From assembly GCA_031411715.1 (NCBI GenBank), contig JANOBP010000515.1, positions 1 through 52,522 on the forward strand: DNA of 52,522 nucleotides, read 5' to 3'. Position 1 is the stretch's first letter. Each line of letters opens with the position of its first letter. The stretch is from Verrucomicrobiaceae bacterium. Lineage in GTDB: Bacteria; Verrucomicrobiota; Verrucomicrobiia; Verrucomicrobiales; Verrucomicrobiaceae. Under the pieces are notes generated by a model. It was not told where the DNA came from, did no database searches, and saw only the letters and a list, made by a program, of their open reading frames with translations. Both the position numbers and the translations under genes were made by a program. Shown in pieces: positions 39,501-47,443 of the stretch.

Positions 39501-41007
39501 CGTCTCCAACGGCCTCACAAGGCTCATGAGTGGCCGCTACGAACAAAAAAGTTTGTCTGACTTCGCAGGTGGCGGCGAGTACATGGCCAATCCTCAAACA
39601 GACCAGATGGACTATGAAGTCGCCCAACAAGGCAAGCTCCTCGAAGACAACTATAAGCGCTACGCTGGCAAAGACGCCCAACAAAACCTCGGGAAGTCCA
39701 AAGCCGATGCCAACACCACTTGGAACTCCAACAAGACCGGTGACGGCACTCTGAAGCTCCAAGGAGCAAACACCTTCAGCGGTGGAGTGGCCGTGAATGG
39801 CGGCCAGCTCTTCAACGACAACGTCGCCGTCGATAACACCTACTTCGCCAACCAAGGCACGACTCGAATCGGCATTTCTGGCCCTGTCGCAGGAAAGCCA
39901 GACACGGAGATCCGCCGCGAAGTCAACGTGGCTCCTGGTTCTGCAAACCTGCCGCCACAGATCCCGCAAGGCACAGGCAATATGGATCTTGGCAGCGCAA
40001 GCACTCTGACTGTGAATGGTGGAGTGAATAGCACGGGCATCAATCAAGGAATCACCATCGGCTCGCTTACCAGCGGCTGGCGCGCTGGCAGCGTCACAAT
40101 CAACAACACGGCCGTTGATGACGCGCTCATCACAAGCGTTCCGAATGTCGTCGCTCAAACCAATGGCGACGCGCCCCTCACACCGCAATTGAACATATCT
40201 TCAGGAGGTCAGCTCGACATATCAGGCCGTGAACTCTCAGCAATTGCTGGCAGCGGGATCTCCTCCACCTCTGGCAATACTTATGCTGGAGCCAACATCA
40301 CCACTTTCGGTTCCGCCGGATCTCCCCCACCTGCACCTCAAGTACAGTTGAGTGGAGGCAGTCTCAGTTTTTCCAACTCAGCAAGCCTCACAAAATCAGG
40401 CGGCGGCACCCTCGTCCTCTCTGGCAATACAGCCGCTGGAGGCATCAACACCCCCCAAATGACTCAACAAGGTCAGCTCAACATCAATGGCAGCACCATC
40501 AACTCCAACGCTCGCGGTAACAACCTCAGCCAAGTCGATGCACCTGCGGAAAGAGATGGCAGAACACAATCAGGAATGCAGATCGCAGCGGGCGCACCCA
40601 TCAAAGCTTCGTCAGGCGGGCGTGCTAACTACGCCGCCGCCGATCCTTTCTCCTCCACCCCAATGCCCGCATCTCAACCTGCAGTCGCAGCCCTAAAAGC
40701 AGAGCCCATCTCGGACGAACGTCAGCCCGCCGCCAAACCCGCCAGCGCCGCCCCCATTCAGCAATCCGCAATCCAAAATCCGCAATTCCTGAAGCCCACC
40801 GGTCGCCATGCGCTCGAAATCGCGCTCCCCACCGAAGGCGTTGCGCATCACTTCTCCAAGCTCAAAGACCACGCCGTCCTCGAGATCACACTCAAGTCCC
40901 TCAGCAAGCCACAAACCACTTCCCGCGCGATCTACCTCACCCTCGGCCTTCTCGCCTGCTTCGGAGCTTGGCGTTGGAGCACCAAGCGCCAGGCACGGCC
41001 TGCGTGA
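36532..41007 (+). CDS. Giant exported, membrane-anchored protein C of the operon, with autotransporter-associated beta-strand (PATR-like) repeats
   Basis: ATGA overlap with the B stop and CAGGAGG upstream; signal-like SLIAAAFVILNSSFVMA; NKTGDGTLKLQGANTFSGGVAVNGG and LTKSGGGTLVLSGN; one C-terminal TM helix followed by a basic tail. Confidence 0.9.
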   Translation: MNPNPSLPPFARLTALVSRSRSLIAAAFVILNSSFVMAQQQPDPAAHTVIIPYTGSPLHQTPTRFYLGYDEFQRLWSLAKENRKPAVTKAEDTALVIHQSLYDATIEERGLVINARITAVTRGHWSKLALPFIRIENGKDRDGALVGEVNVNGKAAALTDGYITLENPGTHSIALTATLPLPPSWTSLKLRLPSAMAGVLALHTPKSDGWPRINDTAALTVEEKPDARLFTHALGLHSELQLTRTTRGLDRGEGPVPAARVEATLSLQDMQLPTLDATLHYDFPGATRRTLSFSIDPEQVNLDFIKVTSGDKHVPMDRIETELEPKRVVFKLHLRHEISGSARIELSGFGISLGVPLGVPPSGGRAPAGTQATAPANNASPAKAGTPNGTPSTFRAPLPEAVRITQKLTLQHDAATQLTPQPDANQQRIAADALTFQSNGTAPLRFLIKATPQFESADANYVFQLSEQKAELLAALALKRKRGLWTRAEIGLPDGYDVQIVQGPAVIAWQHEGRSVYVHFNPQIAGQEARIVVHLVRTLAQPATTWQLTPLTLSGYEKLTGRALIVAHAATDVKLPDFAQRSDIKELDATALDSVFAIAPPLEKKRALKLEGGTWSTQVTLARQPARFAADAIALVLASDAGIRLSQQLAIHVEQGALRQISLRLPAALPEAVVTGPLLREMRTRIENNERIYDCSFQTDVLDQAALTFDLDLPISATLDVPFVKLPDAGRLTRWFVLDNASAREATITTQTALEAVTRDALPYLPAGLSRPQFFRATQDGTLTLAYQQLTSTEGNAALITLADLTTILRADGQRWDIAQYSLINRSLQFLPVILPQGAELITVSVSGQPVRADEETQNGKRTRLIPLIHTKPGQRALEVKLIYRFAKSDLNNSKLDDPELPGLSVERTTWTVWTPNGHQLANHDGNMEEVGKEGRELQQLEGMLSELGEANRTLARGDLDGDSAKQAYDQAKELTQKVRDKKQETLSSIVSNGLTRLMSGRYEQKSLSDFAGGGEYMANPQTDQMDYEVAQQGKLLEDNYKRYAGKDAQQNLGKSKADANTTWNSNKTGDGTLKLQGANTFSGGVAVNGGQLFNDNVAVDNTYFANQGTTRIGISGPVAGKPDTEIRREVNVAPGSANLPPQIPQGTGNMDLGSASTLTVNGGVNSTGINQGITIGSLTSGWRAGSVTINNTAVDDALITSVPNVVAQTNGDAPLTPQLNISSGGQLDISGRELSAIAGSGISSTSGNTYAGANITTFGSAGSPPPAPQVQLSGGSLSFSNSASLTKSGGGTLVLSGNTAAGGINTPQMTQQGQLNINGSTINSNARGNNLSQVDAPAERDGRTQSGMQIAAGAPIKASSGGRANYAAADPFSSTPMPASQPAVAALKAEPISDERQPAAKPASAAPIQQSAIQNPQFLKPTGRHALEIALPTEGVAHHFSKLKDHAVLEITLKSLSKPQTTSRAIYLTLGLLACFGAWRWSTKRQARPA
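36611..36641 (+). repeat. CATTCGT heptamer tandem repeat encoding the signal peptide core of protein C
   Basis: CATTCGT CATTCTG AATTCGT CATTCGT CAT. Confidence 0.85.
37587..37707. repeat. REP-like inverted pair lying in frame within gene C
   Basis: GGAGTCCCGCCTTCAGGCGG (37603-37622) and CCGGCTAAAGCCGGTACTCC (37672-37691) match at 16/20 as an inverted pair, each with an internal palindrome; partial extra copies on both flanks. Confidence 0.75.
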
Positions 41008-41023
41008 GCCTGTCGCCATGACG

Positions 41024-41098
41024 GAATAGACGATAGCAATAGACAATAACCTCCCTGCGAAGCCCCACGGACCTATCGTCTATCGCTATTGTCTATTC
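41024..41098. terminator. 25-bp inverted repeat between convergent genes (possible bidirectional terminator), built from short repeats
   Basis: GAATAGACGATAGCAATAGACAATA (41024-41048) pairs with TATCGTCTATCGCTATTGTCTATTC (41074-41098), three imperfect positions; followed by two CATTCGT units at 41104-41117. Confidence 0.65.
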
Positions 41099-41116
41099 TC
41101 ATCCATTCGTCATTCG

Positions 41117-42403
41117 TCATTTCTTCCGATCCATCATCACCGCGCCCAGAATCACCAGGCCTAGCACGATGTTCTGCGTGTTGCTCTCCACATTGGTGAG
41201 ATTCATCCCGTTCTGAATCACCGCGATGACAAACGCACCGATTAGCGTGCCCCACATCGTCCCGCGTCCGCCGCTCAAGCTCGTCCCGCCCACCACCGCC
41301 GCTGCGATGGCGAAGAGTTCATACTTCGCACCGAAGGTGCCCGAGCCGCTCTTGAGCTGCGAGGCCATCACCACGCCGCCCAGGCCTGCCAGCAGGCCAC
41401 ACATCGCATACGCCATCACCGTCACGCGGCGCACGGGCACTCCCGAGATCAGCGCCGCCTCGACATTGCCCCCCACGGCATACAAATGCCGTCCAAGCCG
41501 CATGCGCGTCATGATCACATGCGCCACGGCATACAGCAGTACCATCAGCACCGCAGAATTGGGCACCTTCAGCACATCCGCGCCGCGCCCCAGCCACACA
41601 AACGACTCCGGCACCTGCGACACGCTTTGATTGTCCGCCAGCCGATATGCCAGGCCGCTGCAGACCAGCATCATCGCCAGCGTCACGATGAACGGCGGCA
41701 TGCGCATCCAGGTAATCAAGCCACCTGACATCAATCCACACACGCCGCACACACCCATCCCGCATAGCGACGCCAACACCATTTGCAGCGCATCCGCTTT
41801 CTCGCCGCCGAACTGATCGCGAATCACCAGCGTCGTCACCACCGCCGAAAGCGCTAGCAAACTGCCCACACTCAAGTCGATGCCACCCGAGATGATCACC
41901 ATCGTCATCCCTATGGCCAAAATCGCTATCACCGCGATCTGCCCGGTAATGTTCAGCAGATTTTCTTGAGTCAAAAACACCGGCCACACACGCCCCTGCG
42001 GCTTCAGCACCTTCGTGTCCTTCAGCGCCGGAAAATCCGTCGCCAAATCCTCAAAGATCAGCCATCCCGCCGTCACCTGCGTGCCCACGATGAAATCCAG
42101 CCCACCACTCGCTGCAGCGCGTGTCAGTGCCGCACGCGCATCCCGCGGCTCGCCCTTCACGCTCTCCACCACACGCGCACCGAGCTCCTTTTTCAGTGCC
42201 GCCTCAAACACCGCATCCTCCGCCTGTGCCCGCACCGCGATCATCACACGCGCCTTTTCACCCATCTGCGCCGCCAATTCCCGCGCCGCCGCCGCATCCT
42301 GCGGAAACTGCTCCGTGCGTGTCACCACACTGAAAAATCCGCACAGCAACAAAAGCACCAGCAGCATACTGGATTGGGCAAGGTGATGGCGAACAAAGCT
42401 CAT
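41117..42403 (-). CDS. Sugar ABC transporter permease (RbsC-like) with an extra extracytoplasmic domain
   Basis: NLLNI..IAVIAILAIGMTMVIISGGIDLSVGS, PPFIVTLAM, LGRHLYAVGGNVEAALISGV, YELFAIAAAVVGGTSLSGGRG; start set at ATG 42403 because the longer track ORF overlaps the divergent gene. Confidence 0.92.
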   Translation of the reverse strand: MSFVRHHLAQSSMLLVLLLLCGFFSVVTRTEQFPQDAAAARELAAQMGEKARVMIAVRAQAEDAVFEAALKKELGARVVESVKGEPRDARAALTRAAASGGLDFIVGTQVTAGWLIFEDLATDFPALKDTKVLKPQGRVWPVFLTQENLLNITGQIAVIAILAIGMTMVIISGGIDLSVGSLLALSAVVTTLVIRDQFGGEKADALQMVLASLCGMGVCGVCGLMSGGLITWMRMPPFIVTLAMMLVCSGLAYRLADNQSVSQVPESFVWLGRGADVLKVPNSAVLMVLLYAVAHVIMTRMRLGRHLYAVGGNVEAALISGVPVRRVTVMAYAMCGLLAGLGGVVMASQLKSGSGTFGAKYELFAIAAAVVGGTSLSGGRGTMWGTLIGAFVIAVIQNGMNLTNVESNTQNIVLGLVILGAVMMDRKK

Positions 42404-42496
42404 AGTCGAGAACAGACCATATGAACCAGAAACGGCCTGTTGCGCAAACAGTAGCCGTATCCAATCAAGTGCAGAAGCCCAGAATAATAAACCAAA

Positions 42497-43240
42497 GTGA
42501 CCTCCGCCATCATTCCCACTCTCGAAACCCGCCTTAACGTGCGTGAGCTTCCGCAGCGGCAGCATGTCATGTATCAGCGTTGGGAAAACCTGCTCTTCCT
42601 GCACTGGCGTTGGGATGCGGCAGAGATTCAGCGCACCTTGCCGTCGGGGTTGATCGTGGACACATTTCAAGGTCAGGCCTGGCTTGCCATCGTGCCGTTT
42701 TTCATGCGAGGCATTCGTCCGCGCTTCTGTCCTGCCGTGCCCGGCATCAGTGACTTCCTCGAACTCAATGTGCGCACCTATGCTCACGATGCACAGGGCC
42801 GACCCGGTGTCTGGTTTTACTCGCTCGACTGCAATCAATCCCTCGCCGTCTGGACCGCACGCACCTTCTTCCACCTGCCCTATCAGCATGCTGCCATGTC
42901 GGCTCAGAGCTTAAATGGATGCATCGACTACACTTGCCAACGCCGTGGCGATTCAAACGGATCGCGCTTCCGCTATCACATTCATCCACAGGCTCACCTC
43001 GCTGAGCCGGGCACACTCGAGTTCTTCCTCGCAGAGCGCTACCTGCTCTTTTCACAGAGTCCACGTGGCATCCGCTGCGGTCAGGTCCACCACACGCCCT
43101 ATCCACTTGCCGCTGCCACACTTGAATCATGGGATGTGAATCCCTTCCTCCAGGCAGGCTTTGCATCACCAGCGCGTCCGCCAGACCATGTCATTGCCTC
43201 CGCCGGCGTCGATGTGCGCGTGTATCCGCTCACAGATTGA
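42497..43240 (+). CDS. DUF2071 (YqjF-family) protein
   Basis: MYQRWENLLFLHW, LPSGLIVDTF.GQAWLAIVPF, FLELNVRTY, PGVWFYSLD, LPYQHA.M, LEFFLAERY. Confidence 0.92.
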   Translation: MTSAIIPTLETRLNVRELPQRQHVMYQRWENLLFLHWRWDAAEIQRTLPSGLIVDTFQGQAWLAIVPFFMRGIRPRFCPAVPGISDFLELNVRTYAHDAQGRPGVWFYSLDCNQSLAVWTARTFFHLPYQHAAMSAQSLNGCIDYTCQRRGDSNGSRFRYHIHPQAHLAEPGTLEFFLAERYLLFSQSPRGIRCGQVHHTPYPLAAATLESWDVNPFLQAGFASPARPPDHVIASAGVDVRVYPLTD

Positions 43241-43282
43241 CCACCATTTGCACTTTGGAGAACCATTGGTAATTTTGCGATC

Positions 43283-43861
43283 ATGACCGCTCTTGCTCGC
43301 GCCACCGCACACCCTGACTTCGGACACCTCCGAATGACCGAGGCTAAATACCTCGACTCAGAGTCTGCCAGTCCTGTGAAGCGTGAGTTCTTCAATGGTT
43401 CCGTCGAAGCGATGGCGGGTGCCAATGTGCGACACGAAATCGTTGCCATGAATCTGGCTGCCATCATTCATGCCCATCTTAAAGGGAAGCGTTGCCGTGT
43501 CTTCAAGTCCGACATGAAACTGCGCGTTCTGACGGATGACAAAGTCGTACACTTCTATCCCGACATCATGGTCACCTGTGATCGCAAAGATTCACATCCG
43601 ATCTACAAGGAGAGGCCAAAACTCATCATCGAAGTGGCGTCCGAAGACTGGGAGCGTGACTACTATATGAAACTCGCCGCATACCTGCCAATTGCATCAT
43701 TAGAAGAGTACGTGGTGGTATGGCCGCACAAGAAAAAAGCCAACGTGACCATCTTCCGACCGCAAACCGGCTTAAAGCCAGCTTCCGTTCATAAGAAGGG
43801 CTCCTTCACGCTACAATCTATCGACCTAACGATCTCGATGGCGGATGTTTACCGCGAGTGA
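43283..43861 (+). CDS. Uma2-family endonuclease
   Basis: MTEAKYLDSE..KREFFNG..AMAGA..H, CRVFKSDMKL, FYPDIMVTCD, PKLIIEVAS, Y..IASLEEYVVV. Confidence 0.92.
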   Translation: MTALARATAHPDFGHLRMTEAKYLDSESASPVKREFFNGSVEAMAGANVRHEIVAMNLAAIIHAHLKGKRCRVFKSDMKLRVLTDDKVVHFYPDIMVTCDRKDSHPIYKERPKLIIEVASEDWERDYYMKLAAYLPIASLEEYVVVWPHKKKANVTIFRPQTGLKPASVHKKGSFTLQSIDLTISMADVYRE

Positions 43862-45092
43862 CCACTGCATCAATCCACTGCATCAAAACTTCCTTGTCCT
43901 GCTCCTTGGCGATCAACCCCGCGCATTTTGCCGCAGCCTCACGGAACGAGTTCTCGGTCAGCAAGCGCTTCAACTCACGCACCACACGCTTTGGCGTGAA
44001 TTGACGCACACTCAGCCCGATCCCGGCCCCCAGCCGCTCCAACCGGTCCGCGTTGTCCGGCTGATCATGCGCCATGGCCATGATGAGTTGCGGCACATTG
44101 GCAGCAAAGCCTTGTGACATCGTGCCAATGCCACCGTGGTGCACAAACACCGACGCATGCTTCAGTAGCGTGCTGAACGCCGCATAGTCCACCGTGATAA
44201 AATTCTCCGGCAACCCCGCTGGGACTTGGTCTGGCTTACGCGTCACAAAAACCGCTCGGCAACCCAACTCACGCACTGCAGCAGCAGCCACGTCAAAAAA
44301 CCGCGCTGCCTGAACATTCGCGCTGCCAGGTGTGAAGACCATGGGGCGCTCTCCAGAGGCTAAAAACGCCTGCAACTCCGGCTGCAGTGCCTTTTCGCTC
44401 GCCAAGTCCTCCAGGGGAAACGTCCATTGCATCAAATTCGCAGGCCAATCCGGCTGAGGCCCGCCAAACCACTCGGGGAACAGCGTCAGCACACCATCCG
44501 GCGAGTCCCACCACTCACGCCACAGACTGCGCGGCGGCTTCACGCCGTTGGCTTCACAGATGCGGCGCACTTTCGGCAGCGCGAAAAGATCGACAGGATT
44601 TGGCAGTGAGAACATCACACGCTTGAACCACACAGGCATGCGTCGCAGCCAACTCATGGCCGGATGAAGCAGCGGTGTCTCATGCACACTCATGAAAACC
44701 ACCGGCTGCAAATGCACGGTGATCAGCGGGATGCCGTGCTTCTCGCGAGCCATTCGCGCCCCGAAAGCCGTCATCGGGGCCAGCATTAAATCTGCCCCGC
44801 CACAGCTCTCAATAGCCGCGAGATAACGCTCCGTGGATGCCGCTGCGAACTCAAAGACCACTTTCGTCCCCACACCCGCCTGCCAGATGCGTGGATCACG
44901 AATCATCGCCTCAAACTCGTCTTCTTTGCCCAGCGAGACGAATTCCAACCCGGCACCACGCGCGTGCTCCTCAAACAAACACGCCGTGATCATCGTCACG
45001 CGGTGTCCACGTGCCAAAAGATGCCGCCCCAGCCAGATAAACGGGAAAACATCACCCGCACTGCCAAAGGGAAGCAAAAGGATGTGCGCCAT
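43818..45092 (-). CDS. GT1-family glycosyltransferase (RhlB/MGT-like)
   Basis: ILLLPFGSAGDVFPF, VFTPGS, FVHHGGIGT, PQLIMAMAHDQPDNADRL; start ATG 45092; 3' end overlaps the Uma2 gene by 44 nt. Confidence 0.92.
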   Translation of the reverse strand: MAHILLLPFGSAGDVFPFIWLGRHLLARGHRVTMITACLFEEHARGAGLEFVSLGKEDEFEAMIRDPRIWQAGVGTKVVFEFAAASTERYLAAIESCGGADLMLAPMTAFGARMAREKHGIPLITVHLQPVVFMSVHETPLLHPAMSWLRRMPVWFKRVMFSLPNPVDLFALPKVRRICEANGVKPPRSLWREWWDSPDGVLTLFPEWFGGPQPDWPANLMQWTFPLEDLASEKALQPELQAFLASGERPMVFTPGSANVQAARFFDVAAAAVRELGCRAVFVTRKPDQVPAGLPENFITVDYAAFSTLLKHASVFVHHGGIGTMSQGFAANVPQLIMAMAHDQPDNADRLERLGAGIGLSVRQFTPKRVVRELKRLLTENSFREAAAKCAGLIAKEQDKEVLMQWIDAVVTRGKHPPSRSLGR

Positions 45093-45096
45093 CGTC

Positions 45097-46011
45097 TCAG
45101 CCAAGCAGCGGCTTTAGCATCTCACAAATTTGCGGCACTTCGACGAGAGCGTCATCCTTCTTTTCATACTCCAGCGTGAACCAGCCTTGGTAATTCGCGT
45201 CCCGCATGATCTGGATCACGCGCTTCACATCACTGACCTCGGGTTCCTTGGACCCCTCACGTGTGATTTCCATCTTGAGCTGAACATTGACCGCATACGG
45301 TGCGATCTTGGTCAGGTCTGCATACGGATCAGCCGTGTGAAAATTCCCGCTGTCGAGATTGATGCCGGCCCACGGACTTTTGGCCGCCTGCACCATCTTC
45401 ACCAAATTGTCTGGCTTGGCGACAATGCCGCCGTGATTCTCCAAACCGAGGAAGACACCTTTCGTCGCTGCATAGTCGAGGCATTCCTGATACGCCTCCA
45501 GGCAGTTCGTCACCGCCTGCTCTTCAGTGAGATCCTTCGGCTTCGCACCTGCAAACACTCGGATATGCGGCGCACCCATTACCGCGGAGTGATCGATCCA
45601 TTTTTTCGTGTATGCGATCTGCTCATTGAGCTTGTCGCCTTTTGGCAGTGCAAAATTATTCCCCACTGCCGTCCCGGCGATCTGCACACCACGCAGATAG
45701 GCGCGGCGCTTTACTTCCAGCAAAAAAGCCACGTCCACATCCGGCGGGAAGAAATAGCTCGTCACCTCGGCTCCCGGCACGCCGTGATCACCACACCAGT
45801 CGATGAAGTCGAGAATGTTCCATGGCTTATGATCGCCCACCGGCTTCTGCTCCTTGTCACGGCTCCATTGGAAATACTTGCCGAAGCTGTACGCAGCCAC
45901 GCCAAGTTGCATGCGGCTTTTGCCAGGACGCACGATGGGATCTATCGCGGATAGAGTGGAGACGCCAAGGGCGCCGAGGCTGGTGGAGAGGAAATGACGA
46001 CGTGTGCTCAT
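45097..46011 (-). CDS. Tat-exported sugar phosphate isomerase/epimerase-family (xylose isomerase-like TIM barrel) protein
   Basis: MSTRRHFL Tat motif from ATG 46011; AAYSF, EVTSYFF, IRVFAG, LGLENHGG, NLDSGNF, YQGWFTLEYE. Confidence 0.9.
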   Translation of the reverse strand: MSTRRHFLSTSLGALGVSTLSAIDPIVRPGKSRMQLGVAAYSFGKYFQWSRDKEQKPVGDHKPWNILDFIDWCGDHGVPGAEVTSYFFPPDVDVAFLLEVKRRAYLRGVQIAGTAVGNNFALPKGDKLNEQIAYTKKWIDHSAVMGAPHIRVFAGAKPKDLTEEQAVTNCLEAYQECLDYAATKGVFLGLENHGGIVAKPDNLVKMVQAAKSPWAGINLDSGNFHTADPYADLTKIAPYAVNVQLKMEITREGSKEPEVSDVKRVIQIMRDANYQGWFTLEYEKKDDALVEVPQICEMLKPLLG

Positions 46012-46139
46012 GAGGGAATGAAGAACGGTGAATTCTTTGTGCCTTAGCATGATTCTTTGCTTTGGGAAAAATGGTTACATCCAGCGGCGGCGAAATCGGG
46101 ATGAAATTCATTGCCTCGCCGACTGCCAAGAACTAGCTC

Positions 46140-47402
46140 ATGCGTTGCATGTCCGAAATCGATGGGATTCATAGTGAAGATGGGCGCGTGGGCGGTTTGT
46201 CCTCGCGTTCAGAGACACCGCAACGTGGTCGGAAGTTGTTGTTTGTTTCGAACCTCTTCCCCGACAGCACAGCGCCCTATTTCGGACTCGATAATGCGAC
46301 TGTGCTGCATGAGATGCGTGTCACACATGGGTGGGACGTCAGCGTGGTTTGTCCACGCCCGACGCTTTCGCTCAAACGACTGGCGCGCACGGGTGGTGGA
46401 TGGGCCTGCCGTGAGAAGGATGCTGTGCTGAGGCCTCAGTTCATTCCTGTGCCCTATGTGCCGCGCGTGGGTAGCCGCGTGAATCATCTGCTCATGGCCG
46501 CGCGACTGCGTCCGTTCTTGAAGCGTATGGCGGGAGACTTTGATGTTCTACTTGCTTCGTGGCTTTATCCTGACGGCTGTGCGGCGGCGATGGTTGCTCG
46601 CGAAATGGGACGGCCGTGCCTGCTTATCACTCAGGGCAGCGATACGCATCAGTACTTGCAGCATCCCGAGCGGCGGCGGTTGATTCTGAAGGCCATCTCT
46701 CAGTCTCACAGTGTCATCGCGCGTAGCCGGGATTTGGCCCTCCGCCTCGCTGAGGCTGGCGCGGATGCGAAGAAGCTGCATCCGATCTACAATGGTGTCG
46801 ATCTGACCGTGTTTCGACCACGCCCACAGGCAGAAGCGCGCGCGCAGCTTGGTCTGTCACCTGATGCTCGTATTGCGCTTTTTGTGGGTAATTTTCTCGA
46901 CGTCAAAAACCCATTCATGCTGGTGCGCGCCTTTGCGTCTTTTGTGAAAGACGCGCCGGAGAAGGATAACCTGCTCATGATGGCAGGTCGTGGCCCAATG
47001 CTTGACCAAGTTCGTGATCTTGCTGCCGAGCTCGGCATTGCGGATCGTGTCGCGCTCACAGGCCCGCTCGACTCCGGGCAGATTGCACTACGCATGGTTG
47101 CGGCGGATTATCTTTGTCTTTCCAGCCGCAATGAAGGGCTGCCAAACGTCATTTTAGAGGCCTTTGCCTGCGGACTGCCTGTGCTCAGCACCAATGTTGG
47201 CGGTATTTCCGAGGTGGTGAATGATCCGACGCGTGGACTGCTCGTCACACCTGGAGATCAAAACGCCTACACGGAAGGGCTTCGGCACATGGCTGCGACA
47301 ACCTGGCAGCGTGATGTGATCGCTGAAGTCGGTGCGCATTTTTCATGGGGAAATGCAGCGTCGGCGTACGATACCCTTCTCACTTCTGCGGTCTCATCAT
47401 GA
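46140..47402 (+). CDS. GT4-family glycosyltransferase (TuaC-like)
   Basis: VSNLFP, WLYPDG, ITQGSD, IYNGVD..F, LFVGN...KN, LSSRNEGLPNVILEAFACGLPVLSTNVGGISE; exact start uncertain. Confidence 0.92.
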   Translation: MRCMSEIDGIHSEDGRVGGLSSRSETPQRGRKLLFVSNLFPDSTAPYFGLDNATVLHEMRVTHGWDVSVVCPRPTLSLKRLARTGGGWACREKDAVLRPQFIPVPYVPRVGSRVNHLLMAARLRPFLKRMAGDFDVLLASWLYPDGCAAAMVAREMGRPCLLITQGSDTHQYLQHPERRRLILKAISQSHSVIARSRDLALRLAEAGADAKKLHPIYNGVDLTVFRPRPQAEARAQLGLSPDARIALFVGNFLDVKNPFMLVRAFASFVKDAPEKDNLLMMAGRGPMLDQVRDLAAELGIADRVALTGPLDSGQIALRMVAADYLCLSSRNEGLPNVILEAFACGLPVLSTNVGGISEVVNDPTRGLLVTPGDQNAYTEGLRHMAATTWQRDVIAEVGAHFSWGNAASAYDTLLTSAVSS

Positions 47403-47443
47403 GAAGAGGCCGCGCTTTTCACCGTTCTACCATCCCCAACGCC

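Noticed and set aside
42404-42889. N-terminal 162 aa extension of the ABC permease in the ORF track
   Set aside because: Overlaps the divergent DUF2071 gene; permease-like sequence starts at ATG 42403.
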